NCBI GenBank assembly: GCA_964016885.1
Contig: OZ024743.1
Coordinates: 42,656,001 to 42,720,000 of the forward strand
DNA length: 64,000 nucleotides
Source of the DNA: Eledone cirrhosa
Taxonomy: Eukaryota
Direction: 5' to 3'
In this document: piece after piece, positions 13,268 through 28,019 of the stretch
How positions within the stretch are numbered: position 1 is the first letter of the stretch
Layout of the letters: every line of letters starts with the position of its first letter
Notes under the pieces: generated by a model
The model's input: the letters and a program-made list of their open reading frames with translations, nothing else
Told to the model about the DNA's origin: nothing
The model's database searches: none
Translations under genes and position numbers: made by a program

Positions 13268-13896
13268 GAGACACACACACACATATTTCTCTTAATAGGC
13301 ACCTGAACTGTTGACCTATCAACACGATGACTGCAATTCACACACACATCCCTACTGACCATTATCACAACAATGAACCTCTTTACTACACACACTCACA
13401 TATTTGTCTTACACACACACACACACTCACATATTTTTACTACATACACTCACATATTTTTCAGTGACTTCTCAATCAGGCGAAAAAAGACACTCTTCGA
13501 CAAACCTACATTTGGCGCAAAATCAATTTTTAACATTCACGTGACCTCTACCAACCAATCAAAATTGTTTTGACCACAAGAATTTTTGCAACACGAATTG
13601 ACGCGAAACTTATTTTAATACCTCTGGAGCCACTTTTTTCACATAAAACAGGTAGAATTTCAAAAACTGATCAGATTAGAGCAAACATCACAGGCGCTCT
13701 ATCTCAAAATTATTTTTTAAAAGCATTAGAAATGCGCAACCGGTAAAAACTTAAAACCAAAACTGAATATTAACCAATACTTAGTACTAATTTTTACTTA
13801 TTCCTAATTAAACTATTTTTCACTGGGAACAATTTGTCAGCATTTCTTTTCCTTTTACCAATATATCACAACTCGTGTGTTACACCTCTATTCTTT

Positions 13897-14730
<834 letters not shown>

Positions 14731-14846
14731 TGCTATGGGTATTTTTTTTCCGGGTATGTCAATAATTATTTATATATGTCAATATTTATTTATTGCTAGG
14801 GGTATTTTTGCCGGGTATGTCAATATTTATTTATAAAACAAATCTG

Positions 14847-14912
14847 TATTTTATCTGATGAAAGCGCTCCATAATTTACCTTGGTGGCCCTTCAAATATG
14901 TATAATAAAATA
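14847..14912 (+). ncRNA. Degenerate hammerhead motif (GAAA to CAAA), same family as 63869-63929
   Basis: tattttat-CTGATGA-...-CAAA-tatgta-TA-ataaaata; flanks match the reverse complement of ~63830-63965. Confidence 0.65.
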
Positions 14913-14952
14913 AATATGGTTTTATAAATATAGCCTCCATTTACTAATATAT

Positions 14953-15385
<433 letters not shown>

Positions 15386-15502
15386 ATATATATATATATA
15401 TATATATATAACGAAGGAAATGTGGTAAGGAACCAGGTGGACCATAACGCACCAAAGTACTCAATACTTGAGGTAGTAGAGTGGGTAATAGGAACCAGTA
15501 AG

Positions 15503-15596
15503 ACCCCGACAGCTGAGCTCAAGCCGTTTCGACGGCTAATTCTGGACTAAATGAAAATTTATCCTGGTATTTAAATAGCCGATCTTCTCAAGGGGT
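15503..15596 (-). ncRNA. Hammerhead ribozyme motif, U3-A8 variant (inverted copy of 17422-17515)
   Basis: Reverse complement of 17422-17515. Confidence 0.78.
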
Positions 15597-17421
15597 AATT
15601 CCATATATGGTCAAAGTGATTGTCAAAAATCAGTAGTAATTCTGTGGTTGCAAATTAGTAGGGGAGATGGTGGCTAAACCTGCCAGTAGGAGAAAGAGGG
15701 GAGGGGGTGGAGTAGACCCAATCAAGCGTTGGTAGTGCCAGCTACAGCTGGGCATGAGATCAAAGAAGATACAGGGGAGGGGGAGGGGGAGGAAGTCGGA
15801 ACGGTAGGTAGAACAATGGGGGGTAGAAAAATATATATAGGAAAGAAAAAATACTGAGAGTGAAGAAAAGCAAATAAGTGTAAAGAAAAAAGTAAAGTAA
15901 ATTAAATTCTACGACCTAGGTCTCAGGCTATTGTTAGGCTAGAATAAAATAAAGAAAGAAAGAAGTAAAGAAATAAATAAATAAATAAAGAAATAACGAA
16001 ATAAGTAAAAGAACTAGGTGGGACGAAATAGGCAAGGACCCTTTTAAGAGGTATAAGTACGTAAATGATATGGTGACGGGTCAACAAAAGGGGCCAAAAT
16101 ACTAAAGAGACTACCACGAAATAAACAATAAAGGTTTCCATCCCGGGCCAGCAACGAAGTGAACTTGTATGAGATAATAATTCTGAGTCCCGAGAAAAAT
16201 ATGGACCAACTCCTAAACAAGAAAGATGAACTGGTCACTGCATGTAAACATAGATTGCGTAAGACTTACCTCGCCCTCAAACCCCATAATGACCCGGGGG
16301 GTAGACTAGGGCTATAACACCCCACTTGCCGATTTTGCAATGGGTAACCCCTGCTTGCCAAGGAAGACGTAAGATCTTCTTTGTATTCTTTTATCGCTTC
16401 CTTTATTTCCCCCCCTCTCTCCTTAGTCCTTCTACCCCAGCTCTTCTCCTTTGTCGGCGTCTTTTCTCGCCCACCCGAGGCTGCTCTTTGGCCCCATGTA
16501 GCCTTAGTACCCCCACCACCCCCTCCCCTAGTCTATGATAGATTTGGCGGACTCCGCCCTTTATAGCAGTTGGCTTAGACCCCGGATACTTGCCCCCCTT
16601 TTCCCGACCGCTCCCACTTTTCTCTGTGCCCTCTATATTTCTTAGTGGCACTTATGCCTTATTTTTTCGTTTCAGTATTTCTTGCTTCGCTTTTCTTCTG
16701 GGCGGGGTGGATTCTGAATTTATTTCTCCGTATTCTACCTTTATTTCGTACGAACTTTCATGTAGCTTGTTTTAGATCTTTTAGAGTTAGCATTAGTATA
16801 TATTTTTCTCGGGACTCAGAATTATTATCTCATACAAGTTCACTTTGCTGCACTGAGTCGTTGCTGGCCCGGGATGGAAACCTTTATTGTTTATTTCGTG
16901 GTAGTCTCTTTAGTATTTTGGCCCCTTTTGTTGACCCGTCACCGTATCATTTACGTACTTATACCTCTTAAAAGTGTCCTTGCCTATTCCGTCCCACCTA
17001 GTTCTTTTACTTATTTCGTTATTTCTTTATTTATTTCTTTCTTTCTTTACTTCTTTCTTTCTTTATTTATTTTATTCTAGCCTAACAATAGCCTGAGACC
17101 TAGGTCGTAGAATTTAATTTACTTTACTTTTTTCTTTACACTTATTTGCTTTTCTTCACTCTCAGTATTTTTTCTTTCCTATATATATTTTTCTACCCCC
17201 CATTGTTCTACCTACCGTTCCGACTTCCTCCCCCTCCCCCTCCTCTGTATCTTCTTTGACCTCATGCCCAGCTGTAGCTGGCACTACCAACGCTTGATTG
17301 GGTCTACTCCACCCCTCCCCTCTTTCTCCTACTGGCAGGTTTAGCCACCATATCCCCTACTAATTTGCAACCACAGAATTACTACTGATTTTTGACAATC
17401 ACTTTGACCATATATGGAATT

Positions 17422-17515
17422 ACCCCTTGAGAAGATCGGCTATTTAAATACCAGGATAAATTTTCATTTAGTCCAGAATTAGCCGTCGAAACGGCTTGAG
17501 CTCAGCTGTCGGGGT
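17422..17515 (+). ncRNA. Type I hammerhead ribozyme motif with UUGAGAA core
   Basis: acccc-TTGAGAA-gatcggcta...tagccgtc-GAAA-cggct tgagctc agctg-TC-ggggt; all three stems pair, GUC triplet. Confidence 0.8.
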
Positions 17516-17609
17516 CTTACTGGTTCCTATTACCCACTCTACTACCTCAAGTATTGAGTACTTTGGTGCGTTATGGTCCACCTGGTTCCTTACCACATTT
17601 CCTTCGTTA

Positions 17610-17753
17610 TATAAATATATATATATATCTATGTATATATGTATATATGTACATATATACATATATATATATATACATACATATATACATACATATATAC
17701 ATACATATATATATATATACATATATATATATGTGTATGTATATATGTATATA

Positions 17754-17789
<36 letters not shown>

Positions 17790-17830
17790 TGTATGTATGT
17801 ATGTATGTATGTATGTATGTATGTACATAC
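17610..17830. repeat. Compound (TA)n/(TACA)n/(TATG)n microsatellite
   Basis: Direct reading. Confidence 0.92.
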
Positions 17831-18399
17831 ATTCATATATACACTCATGCAAACTTACACCTACAACCACTCAGACACGCATATGTGTAAAATACATCAT
17901 ATGGACACTATCGTGTTATAAGGAATGCATGATACATTTTAACAGAATAAAATATATTGATGGACGAACTGGAGATGGATGGGACAGAAGTAGTAAAAGT
18001 TAAGATTATTTAAGTAGAATAAGCAGATGGTTAATATATTGTCTGCAGAGATGAGATTGAGGACCACGGAAAGTTATATTCCGAAATCAAGGAAATCGAG
18101 TTGGATAAGTGCCCTCAAGTTGTGATTACATAACTGCTTGTTTACATTGGCGTACGTTTCAGAATGTGTAAGATGTTATGTATTGTTTCGTAGTAGATAC
18201 ATGGTGATGTCCCCATGCATGTGTTCGTACAAATAAATGTTAATTTGTGCATGGTGAGTGTGGGCCCAAAGGACGGTTCAAGTGCTCAGTGAACCGCCCC
18301 CGCCCCTATTTCGCGGGTGGAGCTGCCTCTATTGTTCGCATGCACCAAGCACTTGTTAAGTTGCCCTCCGGCAAAATTTAGCGCAGAAAATATACAATT

Positions 18400-19120
18400 A
18401 CAATGGTGCCTGCAAGCCATGATGATCTAGGGCTTGAGGTTAATCAAATCATGTTTCAATTTTACTATTTCCATGGCTTCCGCCATGGAAATAGTAAAAT
18501 GGCCATCGCCCATGGAAGATGCAACCGTGCGTTGCACGTGCAGTTTGAAGTCCATGCTTCTGTCTTTTAACGTCCAGATTAAATCCTCCAGGCTAGTGGT
18601 GTGCCTCTTGTTCCGGTCCTTGAACGAGTTTCTGTGATTATACATCCTCGACTTAAAGCTCGTGGATGTTGCGCTGATATAGTTGTGAATCGTGTTTCGT
18701 GTTTCAACTACACATTTGTGCACGATGCTGCCCTGGAAAGGGCATTGTGTTTTACTACGGCAGTTACAAGTCCGGGTGTCAGGGTGCATATACCGAGTTA
18801 TTGTGCCAGAGCCGACTGTGACATGCTTTACGTCTCCTCCATGTTGGTCCATTACCGAAATGGATGCCACGGTCGATGTTACTGATTGTTGTGTGCCCAG
18901 TTCACGGCTCGCGGTGGACCGCAGCCTATTGGAGGATGGATCGCAGTCGGTTCCAGGGTCATTATGTGCTCCCCCAACCACCCTCAGAAGATCACCCGTC
19001 TGTGGTTGGCGACACTCGAAACTCCGCATTGCTACTAGCAATATAGTCATCTAAGTTGGGCGCAGATGGCCAAAAGCAATAGGGAGTTTCTTTCCACGCT
19101 TCAGGAACAAAGATTAAAAT
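18400..19120 (-). mobile_element. PLE fragment (GIY-YIG pseudogene)
   Basis: ORF 18427-19050: TCNCRSKTQCPFQGSIVHKC..NYISATSTSFKSRMYNHRNSFK..IWTLKD. Confidence 0.85.
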
Positions 19121-19458
19121 TGGGGTTCACGTTGATAACAGAAATGGTCATAGCTATTCAGACCAATACGGGCAGGCAACACCGCTGCAGCGGCTGCAGC
19201 TGAATGTCTGGTCTGGGCTCGTCTGGTCTGGACATAGGCGTTGTGGTTCTTCGCCCTGTGCACTTATTCCTCGAGGGTGGCCTTGTTAGCTTTTTTGAAT
19301 GAGGTGACAGCATGGTGGCTGTTCAGACGTCACGCGTCACAGTTCTCGGCTACGGTTGACCACCAGCGATGGTTGATGTGACATTTACCAAATGATTTTT
19401 TAAAAACATTCCTTGAATCGCTTCCTTGGTGGCATACATGTGTGTGTGTGTGTGTGTG

Positions 19459-19491
<33 letters not shown>

Positions 19492-20540
19492 TGTGTTTGT
19501 GAATGACCGTTATTTGCTATACTAGTTTCACTAAGCGAATGGTCAAAACCATTGATGTTGCTGCTGTTGTTTAGCTCCCCTGTCTTCCTGTGTGTGTAGG
19601 TCTGGTATGAAAATAGTTCCATTCTTAAACCTTTCAGTCATTCCTTAGAGGAATGAGAGTTAGATAATATTTGGGGAAGATGGGTCTACTATTTCTAGCA
19701 TGTCGAGTGCTGACGTAGATGCATCCTCGGTACCTCGGGGCAGCAGATGTTGTCTTTTAACCCACAGTTAGCCGTGATTTAATAGGCAGGATTATCAAAT
19801 GTATTTTAGGTGTGAATATCCTCCAATTTTTACTTGTCAACTTATATCGTTCTTTCTCTTTTGGCAGTGGTGTAAAATATGAGGAGAATTTACTGATATT
19901 TCCTGCATATTAAGTGTCCATTTAATCTTTCTCCATGGCTAATATTACACTAATGATTACATAAGACAATCATTTCTAAATATTATCTTAATATTCCTGA
20001 TAATGTTATGTTGACATATAACGTAATAAATAGGGGACGTAACTCAAAGGAATTTTATTTAGAGTTATCTCCCAACAATTAAGTTGCAAGGAGTGTAAAC
20101 TATAGGCTGAGGTAATGTTTGTTAATCAGACTGCAGTGAAATCTTACAGAAAACATCATCAGCCATTTAAAGAAGTAATTGCATATTTTATATCTTAATC
20201 CTATATAGATTATTCAGGAAAAAAGGATTTTCGTAGGTCAAATCACTTTAGTCCTATGTAAGATCTGAGCTGACTTGGGTGTATTAGACAAAAACAACAA
20301 ATGTGATATTTTTCATGTTAAAATTTCAATATTTCATATCACTCCGTAAACCCATCATATATAGAGGAATCATTATACCTGCAAACGAAGCTTTTACGAT
20401 CTCAAAAAAAGAAATAAAATAACATAATGTTTAAACCTTCAACATTTTTAACTCAGTAATTTAATGTATTACATTGCGAATGAATCATTTTTACTATGCA
20501 AAATACAAAAAGAAACTAATATATTTACATTATATAACCA

Positions 20541-20722
20541 TGGCAGTATCGGTTGAGGGTCGAACTCCATGCTTTGCAGCATAGAGTTACTGCCCCTGCC
20601 ATTCTGAGTTGAAATCCTGCCGAGGTTAACTTTGCCTTTCATCCTTACGGGGTTGATAAAATAAAGTACCAGTAATGTACTGGGATAATTGCTGGCTTTG
20701 TGCCAAAAGTAGAAACAATTAT
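20541..20722 (+). mobile_element. SINE family B (MetaSINE-like central domain)
   Basis: ggcagtatcggt..gagttgaaatcc..gcctttcatccttacggggttgataaaataaagtacc..gtgccaaaagtagaaacaatt; partial copy at 20745-20826. Confidence 0.85.
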
Positions 20723-23345
20723 ATAACCATTATATTAATCAATGCATAGGGTTACGGCCCTTTACTGTCTAAGTTCAAATCCCGCCGAGATTAACTTTGC
20801 CTTGTGCCAAAACTAAAAACAATTATATTAATCGATTCTTTCATACTGATATCGTTAACCCGGTAAATGTAAAGTGAAGTGAACAAAAATTCTATGATTT
20901 TTGTATGATTAAAATGATTCTTACATGTTCTAATTGTTTCATTTTCAACACACCGTCTTACTTGCCAAACAAATGCAACACTGAATTACTGTTACATAAA
21001 TGTGTAAAAAGTAACGCTTAATAATTTTTTATCAGGATATATGTGCCCCATGATGGTCTTATATACATGAAATTCACAATTGTCACTAATGTATTGTGTT
21101 TTCATATTTAATTAAAATATCATATGGAATAGGTATCTAGATACCACCTCTCTACATTCAGATTTCGTTTGCTGTAGAGGCCACTTATATATTTTAACTT
21201 ACAGGGTGAAACGAGGCACCGTTCATGTTCTGGGGTCCATTTATTTTCCTCTCGCTCCTCCCGAAATGTTATGCATTTGTGTCTATTTAAGAAATTAAGA
21301 ACAGTTGATTATCAGAGAAAATACACAGCAATAATATTTCCTACTCTTTATGTTCTGTGTTGAAAATATATAAAACTCAACTTTGTTTCTCATCATTCAG
21401 CTGTTGCTTAAATAAAGCACCCGTCAAGCACAGAGCTCACTTTAGTTGACAAACATCTCCCTCCTTGTGTCTATATAAGAAATTATCATGAAGGATAGAA
21501 TGACATCGTTAGATCGACGGGCACAATGACTTGCGGTGAGTTCACATCCATATTTGATTGTATAATATTTTACTTGCCCCAGCATAAAAATGTCTCTGTT
21601 AACATTGTTTCAGATGCCGATAATCAAACTCCAAAATTCTTAAGGCAATAACCGTTAGATGGATGTTTTATATTTCGATCTTGGAAATCTTTCAGGCAAA
21701 ACAAGGCATATTTTTGAAACAAACTGTTAACGTCTTTTGGGTTTAATTCATCACTCGAAGCTATATCTAAACCAGCATTGTAACAATTAAAATTCTGGTT
21801 AGTAAGTAGATTATATAGATATCGAATTAAATGGCCCAGAAATTTGTTTCAAGTTCAAGTACCAATGCAGAGGCGTTTCACAGGTTGCATTGTTAATATA
21901 TCATATGAAACGTTTTGCGGTATCAGTTCTAGATGGTACATTCTGAGTTCAATTCACACTTCCTGTCACCAGAAAATATTTACGCCTCTATCGGGGGTTA
22001 CGATCGACATAATTTTCTTGATCTGGTCTCACTGTGTTTCAAAAGGCCTATCGGCTAATGTAGTCCAGTGACGGTTATTACTTCTACATATGGCATCAGA
22101 TTTACACATATTCTAGCCAATACCAGTCCTTAATTATTGAACGAGCCGAACCAAAGAAGAAACAACTAAATGATAAACCAGCATGCTACAAGCAGCAGGC
22201 ATATTTCTGACGAATTCTCTTCTGCTGTCTTAGAATGTGCACCAATCGTATTTCCATACAACGATGGAGCCCATATGTAGTCACCGGATCTGTTAGAAAT
22301 GAAATTTAAACCACAGCTTCGTGTTTAGTAAAGTAAAATTTAGATAATATGATATCTGGTTCCTCGCAAATAGGAAAATGGTGTGATGAACAGAGTTGCA
22401 GTGCCTTGGATCAGATTTCAGTTGGATCAGGGTTTAATGTTGTCGAGACAGCAACAATCACAACACGATATATCAACCAGCTCTCCCTTACCATCCTCCG
22501 GTGAAAAGCCTTCTCCATTCTGTCCGCCTGGCTGTGGGGAGGCCAGCACGTGGGACCCCATTTGCTCACCATAGGGAGAGATGGGGAGGGCCAGAGAGAT
22601 GGAGGTGATGACAGTGGGAGTTCGACTGACTGATTCGTGTAGCATTCATTTGCCGTTACCACATTATATCTTATCCCATTAAACCTGAGATTAATTAGAA
22701 AAAAAGCAAAAAAAAAAGCAGGAGCATATTGTGCAAAATAATTGTTTAAGGTGAAACGGTGAGAGCGAGCCCAAAATGTGGGGATACCCAGCGAACTTCT
22801 CGTCACACAGCCATGTCTACTTACTTTACTAGAAGTATATATGTTTACATCAACTATATACTAGAAGTATATATGTTTGAATCAACTATATACTAGAAAT
22901 ATATATACTAGAAAACAAGTGAAAGCACTATTTTTTATCATAGACACGGGAGGCTACTCTTGGAAATGTTACTTCCAACTATTGTAAGAGTGGCCTCCCG
23001 TGGAAAATAAATTTACTATCTGAAGCACATTTTGTTCATGTTTACATCAAAAGGAATATTTATGCCTGAATTATAAAATACTGATGTAACAAAGCGATAA
23101 AAACTATCTGCGATAGCGATGAATGTCACGTAGCATATAAACCCTATGTTTAAATTACACTGGAAGATAAATCGAAACTCTATTTTCTGTAGAATCTTCA
23201 CCATATACCATATATCCTAAATTGCGGTTTTGTAGGACAAATACGAGGATTCCTTATATTTTTAGACAGTCGACGTCTTCATGGAATCCTTGATCTCATA
23301 GAGTTAGGGATAGATAGATATAATTGAATAAATAAATCAGTAAGC

Positions 23346-23535
23346 ATAATTGTTTCTACTTTTGGCACAAGGCCAGCAATTATCCGAGTGTATTACTGGA
23401 ACTTTATTTTATCTACCCCGTAAGGATGAAAGGCAAAGTTACATCGGTGGGATTTGAACTCAGATCATAAAGGGCCGTAACTCATTGCTGCAAAGCAAGG
23501 TGTTCGACGCTCTACCGATACTGCCAATCCACGCC
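23346..23535 (-). mobile_element. SINE family B
   Basis: Reverse complement of the 20541 consensus. Confidence 0.85.
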
Positions 23536-23923
23536 CATAATCAGTAAGCATAATATAAATGATATAGAGAATATTGACGAATTACACATAAATCAGAAAC
23601 TTGTATAGGCAATTTTTAAGTATTTTCGTTCAGGAGTCTTTTGAGTAAGGTTACTCGATAGAGTGAGTATCTCGGAGATCAGAGTCTCAATCCACGTAGA
23701 GCCGCTACTTCTCTGAATTGAGAGGTCACAGCTTTGATACTATGGACATGTGGTTAGAATGTCTCAGGAAAGAATCGCTGGATATATTTTACGGGCAAAA
23801 CCAATCGGCTGGTGGGCACTTTCAATCTATTGGTAACCTATAAACAAATTCGGAATATATTTCCCATGTCCCACGGCATTCTCCTTCTTTCTCCGACTGC
23901 TATCACCGTATTTAATAGTAGAT

Positions 23924-24105
23924 TTGGCAGTATCGGTAGAGGGTCGGACGCCATACTTTGAAGCATAGAGTTACCACCCTTGCCATTCTGAGTTCAAATC
24001 CCGCCGAGGTTAACAGTCCCCTTCATCCTTACGGGATCGATAAAATAAAGTACCAGTAATGCACTGGTTAATTGCTGACCTTCTGCCAAAAGTAGAAACA
24101 ATTAT
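23924..24105 (+). mobile_element. SINE family B
   Basis: Same consensus as 20541. Confidence 0.85.
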
Positions 24106-24119
24106 TTTAACTCTATCAG

Positions 24120-24497
24120 AATAACTACTTACCAACAAACCTACCTTCCTTGCTACATATATACCAACCTACCTACCTACATACCTATCTACCTACCTAC
24201 CTACCTACCTACCTACATACCTACCTACCTAAGTAACTGACTAACTACTTACCAACAAACCTACCTTCCTTCCTACATATATACCAACCTACCAACCTAC
24301 CTACCTACCTAAGTAACTGACTAACTACTTACCAACAAACCTACCTTCCTACATATATACCAACCTGCCTACCTACCTACCTACCTACCTACCTACCTAC
24401 CTACCTACCTACCTACCTACCTACCTACCTACCTACCTACCTACCTACCTACCTACCTACCTACTTACCTAGCTACCTTCCTACATAACTGCCTAAA

Positions 24498-24553
<56 letters not shown>

Positions 24554-24566
24554 AATCTATCTATCT
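24120..24566. repeat. (CTAC)n-based minisatellite grading into (ATCT)n
   Basis: taactacttaccaacaaacctaccttcc x3, a long ctac run, then an atct run. Confidence 0.9.
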
Positions 24567-26030
24567 AAGGGTTGACCATCGTTACCTGGATGCGGTGCTA
24601 GAAGCGGCAGGCTTCGGACCCGTGTTCAGGGGCTGGATTGCTGCAATGCACAACAACAACATCTACTCAAGGGTCAAGGTGAATGGCTACCTCTCGGAGC
24701 CGTTCCATATCACGCGATCCATCTGACAGGGATGCCCTCTGCAAACTATCCTTGAAAGGTCGAGCGGAGGTGGCAAACACGTTTATATCGTCCGTCATCT
24801 ACTACCGCTTGACCGACGTGCCTTGTCCAGCCAAAACTCTCACCAAAGTGGAGCGCGCGCTCTTCTAATTCCTTTAGAAGAAACGGGCTCCTTTGGTGAG
24901 AAGATCCATCTGCTGCCAACACCCTTCAAAGGGAGGGCTAGGGATGCCGTGGCTGACGATGCGCAAACAAGCGCTCAGACTGCGGCACCTCCACGTATTC
25001 CTCACCGGACAACCGGTGTGAGCCCCGTTCGTGAGGCGAACATTCCCACGACTCGTCTCTCGCTGACCGAGCTGCAGGCCTGGATCAAGCAAAGACCAAG
25101 GAAAATGGGCAACTGGCACATCGAATGTGCTCAGGCGCTCACAGCCCCTTGACAGGCGGACCCGGCGATCAGTGGAGACTCCACTTCATCATTCTATAGA
25201 GGATTGGTCCGCAGCAAGTGCGACGACGCACTTGGAGAAACTCTAGGCGTAGAGGAAGACGAACTGGCTAGTCTGTTCGGTAGGACCTTCTGTCCGGGAC
25301 CGATGGACAACTTCCAAAAGTCCCTGGCCTGGCAGTGCTACCGAGGAGCTCTACCAGTTCGAGACAAGCTCTACAGACATGGACGCTCGGGCAGGGACCC
25401 TTCGAAAAAGATCTGTCCGAGATGCGTGCGAGACGAAGAAACCGTCGCACACGCATTCGTACACTCTCCGGGCGTTGCCGACCTGTGAGGCTATGTAGAA
25501 CGACTATTGTCACGGGTGGGACCAATCCGGTTGACCACCGAGTCCATTGTCATGATCAAACCGCCACCTTCCTTCAAAAAGAGGTGGTTTTCCTTCGTGT
25601 GATAGCTATGGCGAAAGAGGTTGTATGGTGGACGAGGTTAAAAGGGCTGAGGTCAGACACCTTTCTCTCCGGCCAACAACTTATTCTTTTTTTCAAATAC
25701 CACTTTGGAAGAAGAATCAGGATGGAGAGAGAGGTGCTGTACCCCAGCAAGTTTTATGAAAGGCGGGTGGAAGTGGCGAGAATGGCCCGAGTGAATGGGC
25801 CTTCCCTCTATATTAGCCTATAGGTTGAGGAAAAAGAGGAAGAGAGGAGATGAGGGTTGCACATTTTTGTCGGGGGTATGTGTTACCCATATGTAATGTC
25901 TCCCCTATTGGGGAAAATCGATTAATTTTAAATTGAATTTGTGATAGTATTTTACACGTTTTTATTGTATGTAAACTTCCCCCTTTGTATTTGTCCTCTT
26001 CTTTTGTGCCCCTGTGGCTAATAAAGAAAC
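24567..26030 (+). mobile_element. 5'-truncated, internally deleted Tx1/L1-type LINE
   Basis: Starts at RVDHRYLDAVL; C-terminal zinc finger CPRC..ETVAHAF; aataaa followed by an (ATCT)n tail; homologous to 29786-31478. Confidence 0.9.
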
Positions 26031-26089
26031 ATATCTATCTATCTATCGATCTATCGATCGATCGAACTATGCATCTCTCTCTCTCTCGA

Positions 26090-26136
<47 letters not shown>

Positions 26137-26146
26137 CTCGATCTCG

Positions 26147-26228
<82 letters not shown>

Positions 26229-26442
26229 CTTTATCTGCCTGACGCGTGGAACATCACCGATAAGGTTATTTGTTAATTTCTATGCAACAAACCGAACTAA
26301 TTGTTTGAAAAAAACATAACATTTTTAGATTAACCCACAAGCTGAATTGTTAGCTGGGCGGCACCCCCATATTTCGCCCCTTTAGGGGCGAAAATTTAAT
26401 TTAAAATTGTTTTAAAATATCAAATTTTGCCAACTATAAAAC

Positions 26443-27813
26443 ATGAATAGCTCGGAAAGAACGCTAGAGAACGTCGACAGAGAGAAGAGAGGTAGAGAGG
26501 CAGATATTAACGTTATATCTGCTTCTGCTACTATGGACGTCGCCATAGATACGACTGTCAACAAAGAGAAACAAATATTACCACTTGAAGGTTTTAAAAT
26601 TTCTACCGTCGAAACGGAGAAAATTAACAATAACACACAGATAAACACAGGAATTAAACCTATTAACATACATACACATGGAAAAGACAAGATCAACAAC
26701 TCCATAGATACATCTACACATAAAGTTTCACCTCGTCAAGAAATTAAGATTTCCAACACCGAGGCTAACAACGATAACAACAACAACAGCAACACCCACC
26801 ACACACAAAAAACTGTCTTTCGCTGAAACAGTGAACAAAAAATAAGATTTTATAAATCTTGACATCTCCAAGGCAAGAGATATGGTCCAGCAAGGGAGAA
26901 AATGTGTAACTTTCAAAGACAAGGGTGGGTTTAGAATTAACTCCCCCCTCGAAATAAAAGAAGAGACAGTTCGAAGGACAGTCACCTTTAGTACTGTCTC
27001 CAACACAACGAGAAAGCCGATATTTGTTAGTCAAGCAGATATAGAAGCCACCTTTAAGGAGACTCTAGCAAATATTGACTTTCTCCAACGAGGAAAACAG
27101 TACGGAAGTGTTTCCGTACTGTTTAAAAGCAAGGCACTCGCCCAAAAACATTCTGTGACACCAATGGTTTCAAAAGCATTCACCTTTTTCCCTACGTACA
27201 TGGGAAAAAGGACACAAAAAATAAAAATTAAAAATATACCACCAACATAAACATCTGGTGGATCTTGGCTGGCTTCGTAGAGCCAGAGACTGATATGATT
27301 CTTTCGATACGAAAGTCTATTAGACAAAGGTGGGCGGGTACTGATTTGGAGATTCTGATTCAAATGAGGCCGGAGAGAATCTCCAAAATACCCGAAACAG
27401 TCGCCATCGACGACAACAACAAAATAAACATTATGGTGGAGGGTCGAAAACTTCATTGCTTTCGCTGTGGTAGCACAGCACACCTAAATGCCTCCTGTCC
27501 TTCACAAACAGAGCACAACATCATTAAAAAAACACTATTACCAACACCAACACCAAAACAACCACCACCACAAGTACAACAGACGAAACGAGCAACCACA
27601 CCAAAACAAACAGCCACTCAACCAACAACAACAGAAAAAACACAGACAACACACCTGAAGAACACAGCCCCATCCCATCCCACTCCATCAAGCACTACCA
27701 CAAACACACACACCGAAACACCACCACCACACAACATACCCCTACCCCACACTCCTGACGATGATTATTCATCGACAGATGAGGCTGCTTCTCCTTCTTT
27801 AAGTGAAGAATAA
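26443..27813 (+). pseudogene. LINE ORF1 (gag-like, zinc knuckle), disrupted
   Basis: ORFs 26443-26826, 26882-27250, 27265-27813. Confidence 0.75.
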
Positions 27814-28019
27814 GGAGAGCCTCAGAAATCTAAAAAACAAAAAAAGAGACACCACAAAGCTTCCAAAACCCCAATCACCAACACCAACACACAACCACAG
27901 ACACAAATTGAAATGGAGATTGAACAATCCAATCTCCAGGAAACGAAAAGGTAAGTGCACCTTTTCGTCCTTTTCGCCAACTCTTCTCCACCAACTTGGC
28001 TAGTTAATGAGTTGGAAGC

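Larger units (their letters stand above)
11353..13864 (+). mobile_element. 5'-truncated Penelope-like retroelement (Neptune-like) with ~320-bp inverted terminal arms (11353-11672 / 13547-13864)
   Basis: RT thumb remnant TDIYYKPTHSKHYLPFNSCHPRHVKINIPY, then Cys-rich linker and GIY-YIG (NLIYVLNC..QYIGQT..RMTVHRSQI across frames); ends are reverse complements. Confidence 0.88.
15408..17611. mobile_element. Fold-back PLE relic: ~800-bp inverted arms (15408-16202 / 16800-17611) around a GIY-YIG C-terminal remnant
   Basis: Arms are near-exact reverse complements; ~16155-16290 (+) reads EVNLYEIIIL..LLNKKDELVTACKHRLRK, typical of a PLE C-terminus. Confidence 0.85.
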